DNA from: Candidatus Microgenomates bacterium
Lineage (GTDB): Bacteria > Patescibacteriota > Microgenomatia > JACQLA01
Length of the DNA: 64,000 bases
Assembly (NCBI GenBank): GCA_016204255.1
Contig: JACQLA010000003.1
Location: 42,255-106,254, forward strand
Direction: 5' to 3'
Shown here: piece after piece, positions 61,882 through 64,000 of the stretch
Layout: each line of letters opens with the position of its first letter
How positions within the stretch are numbered: the stretch's first letter is position 1
The notes under the pieces: model-generated
What the model was told of the DNA's origin: nothing
Seen by the model: the letters and a program-made list of their open reading frames with translations, nothing else
The model's database searches: none
Made by a program: the position numbers and the translations under genes

Positions 61882-62730
61882 TTAAATTTTCATATAGCCG
61901 GAAAACATCATCCGCTGGACCCCCGAAGTGGGGAAGTGTTCGGCAAGCAAATAAAGCAGGTCAGGAAATTCCTGATACTTACTTGTTAAATTAATGAGTA
62001 CATTAATTGGCGAAAGTATCAGGTGCGGAAAAAGCGGCAGGGAAGTTAAAATCATTTCCTCCAGGCCCACCCGAACGGCCCAAAACATATTTTTCTTCAT
62101 ATGGTTTGCGCAGTCGATTCGACAAAGTTGAAAATACTCTGGCAGCATGTTTTTTTCCAGTGTTCCATGCTGCGATTTCATTAATCCGTTCTGCTCCTCA
62201 ATAACTATCAGTCCGGATTTGTCCCATTTTATTTCAAAATCATTTTTATCTCCCGGGTTAAAAACCACGTCATCTTTCCAAAAATCGGCTTTTTCTGCCT
62301 GACCGGATGCCTGCGAGGATATTTTTTTTGCAGCAATTGCCCAACCTTTCACTGATTCTCGCAGAGCTACAAAAATAAAAGCCAGCTTAAGATTTAAAAT
62401 GAAAATATCATCAACTCCTTTTTGAAACTGGTAAAAAGAGGGGGAGTGGCGATAGCGTTCAATCCAAAGACCTAACTCTTGCGATTTCTGCAATCGCCCG
62501 TTAATAAACGGTATCATTCCCTCAGCCATTTTTTTCATCAAGGTTTTGAATTTCTGCTCTTTTAGATTGGCAATAAGCGGCTCACTGATATAATCCAGAT
62601 ACTCGGGGAAAGCACCGAGATGAGCAAAAAAGACGGGCAAAGAGGTGGCGCCGAGCGCTGATTTAATATCTCCGTATATTTTTTTCGTTTCTTCCGTTGC
62701 TTCTTTTTCGAAAACCGGCTTAACTCTCAT
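61882..62730 (-). CDS. hypothetical protein, N-terminus AhpD/DehI-like (weak)
   Basis: ATEETKKIYGDIKSALGATSLPVFFAHLGAFPEYL resembles the start of CMD/DehI-type helical proteins. This is low confidence. Confidence 0.4.
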   Translation of the reverse strand: MRVKPVFEKEATEETKKIYGDIKSALGATSLPVFFAHLGAFPEYLDYISEPLIANLKEQKFKTLMKKMAEGMIPFINGRLQKSQELGLWIERYRHSPSFYQFQKGVDDIFILNLKLAFIFVALRESVKGWAIAAKKISSQASGQAEKADFWKDDVVFNPGDKNDFEIKWDKSGLIVIEEQNGLMKSQHGTLEKNMLPEYFQLCRIDCANHMKKNMFWAVRVGLEEMILTSLPLFPHLILSPINVLINLTSKYQEFPDLLYLLAEHFPTSGVQRMMFSGYMKI

Positions 62731-62757
62731 ATTAATATTTTCCTGAATTGATTATTA

Positions 62758-62786
62758 ATTATACTGCGCCCTTCGGGCTTGTGTAA
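62758..62786 (-). promoter_or_regulatory. proximal copy of a duplicated promoter (TTACAC-17 nt-TATAAT) with the GCCCGAAGGGC palindrome in the spacer
   Basis: The minus strand reads TTACAC (62786-62781), AAGCCCGAAGGGCGCAG, then TATAAT (62763-62758). The ATG is at 62730. Confidence 0.5.
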
Positions 62787-62795
62787 CTCTGATGA

Positions 62796-62825
62796 GTTAT
62801 ACCTGCGCCCTTCGGGCTTGTGTAA
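62796..62825 (-). promoter_or_regulatory. distal copy of the duplicated promoter (TTACAC-18 nt-TATAAC)
   Basis: It is the same 28-29-nt unit, offset by 38 nt. Confidence 0.4.
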
Positions 62826-63237
62826 TTGTTAACGTAATTATAACCCATAGATGAAGTGGGCTATGGTAATTGACAAAGGGACTAACTTAGAATATATTTC
62901 GAGCTATGAGACCACTAGGAGAATTACTAAGCCGGGTTTCGCATAAAACGCAGTCAGAATGGAGAAGAATGGCAATTACTCGTCGATCCTGACCTCAAAC
63001 GAGTCCATCTATATTATCGGGTTGGGGAAGCAGATTTTACTTTGGAGGGTGTAGATAAAGTTACAATCTCTAGTAAGAACAGAGCCGTGTGCTTTAATGG
63101 TTATGGAGGTTCTTTAGAAGTGTCGTTCTTTTGGCCCAAAAAAGCCACAATAAAAGCTGGGGGGCTAAAAGCTGAAATCCCCTTCGACCAACCCGCTGAA
63201 CGCATAAGATATTCCGATTAAAATCTGCGATCATTTG

Positions 63238-63266
63238 TTGACTTTTAAAAAAATCAGTGCTACGAT
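63238..63266 (+). promoter_or_regulatory. sigma70-type promoter (TTGACT-17 nt-TGCTACGAT); 9 nt separate the -10 box from the ATG
   Basis: TTGACT lies at 63238-63243 and TACGAT at 63261-63266, with TG at 63258-63259. The ATG is at 63276. Confidence 0.55.
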
Positions 63267-63275
63267 TTCCTCATT

Positions 63276-63665
63276 ATGGAACCGGCCAAAATTCTGGTTG
63301 TTGAGGATGAAGTTCTTCTAAGACAATTATACGCCGACACCCTGACAGAAGAAGGCTATCGCGTCGAAACCGCCGCCGATGGGGAAGAGGCACTCAAGAA
63401 AATGCAGGCCGGCGGCTGGGATTTGGTTTTACTAGATATTATCTTGCCAAAAATCGACGGAATAGGACTTATGAAAATAGTTAAGGGAGCACATCCGGCC
63501 CGCCCCAACAAATGTGTTGTTTTCCTAACCAACGTTGATAAGGATGAAAAAATTAAAGAAGCATTAAAATTCGGAGACGGATATCTGATTAAAAGCCAAA
63601 TCACTCCCGGAGATTTGATTAAGGAAGTTCGCGTATATCTCAAAAGGAATATTCCTGCAAGTTAG
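63276..63665 (+). CDS. single-domain response regulator (CheY-like receiver)
   Basis: It has KILVVEDE, DLVLLDIILPKIDG (the phospho-acceptor Asp) and a conserved Lys (YLIKS). Confidence 0.85.
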   Translation: MEPAKILVVEDEVLLRQLYADTLTEEGYRVETAADGEEALKKMQAGGWDLVLLDIILPKIDGIGLMKIVKGAHPARPNKCVVFLTNVDKDEKIKEALKFGDGYLIKSQITPGDLIKEVRVYLKRNIPAS

Positions 63666-64000
63666 TTTGCATTTTTTAAAGAAAAAGAGAAAGTCGCACC
63701 CTTATTTTCCCCATCTGAATAAGCCCACATTTTTCCGCCCTGATGTTCAATCAAGGATTTTGAGATATAAAGCCCCAATCCGGTGCCTTGATTTTCGGAT
63801 TTTACAAGATAATTATCGGTTCCGACCCTCCCGAATTTTTGAAAAAGTTTTGGCATGTCTTCCTGACTTATACCTTTCCCAGTATCGGTAACTGAAACAG
63901 CAACCTCGTTATCTTTGTGAGATAGTGAAATTGTAATTTTTCCTCCTTCAGGCGTAAATTTGAGAGAATTACCGATCAGGTTAAACAGGACTTCCTTTAT
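63662..64000 (-). CDS. sensor histidine kinase, C-terminal HATPase_c part; 5' end lies outside the window
   Basis: The frame stays open to base 64000. It encodes N-box-like FNLIGNSLKF, DTGKGI (G1) and GTGLGLYISKSLIEHQGG (G2). Confidence 0.8.
   Translation of the reverse strand: MKEVLFNLIGNSLKFTPEGGKITISLSHKDNEVAVSVTDTGKGISQEDMPKLFQKFGRVGTDNYLVKSENQGTGLGLYISKSLIEHQGGKMWAYSDGENKGATFSFSLKNAN

Noticed and set aside
62759-62825. Two 28-29-nt direct repeats, considered as a possible mini CRISPR array or tandem sRNA.
   Set aside because: There are only two copies separated by 10 nt, and no cas genes are present. Each unit resolves cleanly into -35, spacer and -10 of a promoter facing the 282-aa gene.

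Overview
This 64-kb window comes from a low-GC bacterium with compact, tightly packed genes. All GC figures here are my own hand counts of single 60-nt lines (about 33-35% in backbone lines), not computed values. The gene content suggests a Candidate Phyla Radiation (Patescibacteria) type genome, but that is an inference from several features: an archaeal-type FBP aldolase/phosphatase, a DRG-type GTPase, membrane-anchored BNR/NHL propeller proteins, many GTCATT..AATGAC palindromic intergenic elements, and promoters that sit 6-10 nt from start codons.

Backbone genes, in order:
- Central carbon metabolism: FBP aldolase/phosphatase, acs, and a four-subunit 2-oxoacid:ferredoxin oxidoreductase.
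- rsmI.
- An unusually clustered DNA-damage set: lexA, uvrB, uvrA, uvrC, and dinB further on.
- yvcK, secG, carA and carB.
- An ABC ATPase with a permease-like partner.
- tRNA-Arg(TCG) and tRNA-Lys(CTT) flanking a GIY-YIG gene.
- Two envelope clusters: GT-C-like plus GT4, and PAP2, GT2, flippase-like and NodB deacetylase.
- trmO, a DsbB-family gene, and a response regulator with a partial histidine kinase at the right edge.

Accessory or unusual regions:
1. 49.3-54.5 kb is a GC-richer island. It carries 16 consecutive mini-ORFs with strong Shine-Dalgarno sites, mostly small transmembrane proteins, followed by a 465-aa surface protein with 94-aa tandem repeats. The island is bracketed by repeat elements and a ~117-nt nested hairpin. 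This is my best candidate for an undescribed system.
2. 32.8-35.3 kb is an AT-rich segment next to tRNA-Lys with an HTH gene translationally coupled to a PD-(D/E)xK-like nuclease gene.
3. A gene encoding a TAT-signal/HExxH protein is inserted at the uvrB 3' end and leaves a diverged uvrB C-terminal remnant downstream.
4. 35.3-39.8 kb holds a cluster of propeller proteins that share an N-terminal anchor.

I found no CRISPR array, rRNA gene, transposase or integrase. All family assignments rest on motifs I recognised by eye; no database search was possible.
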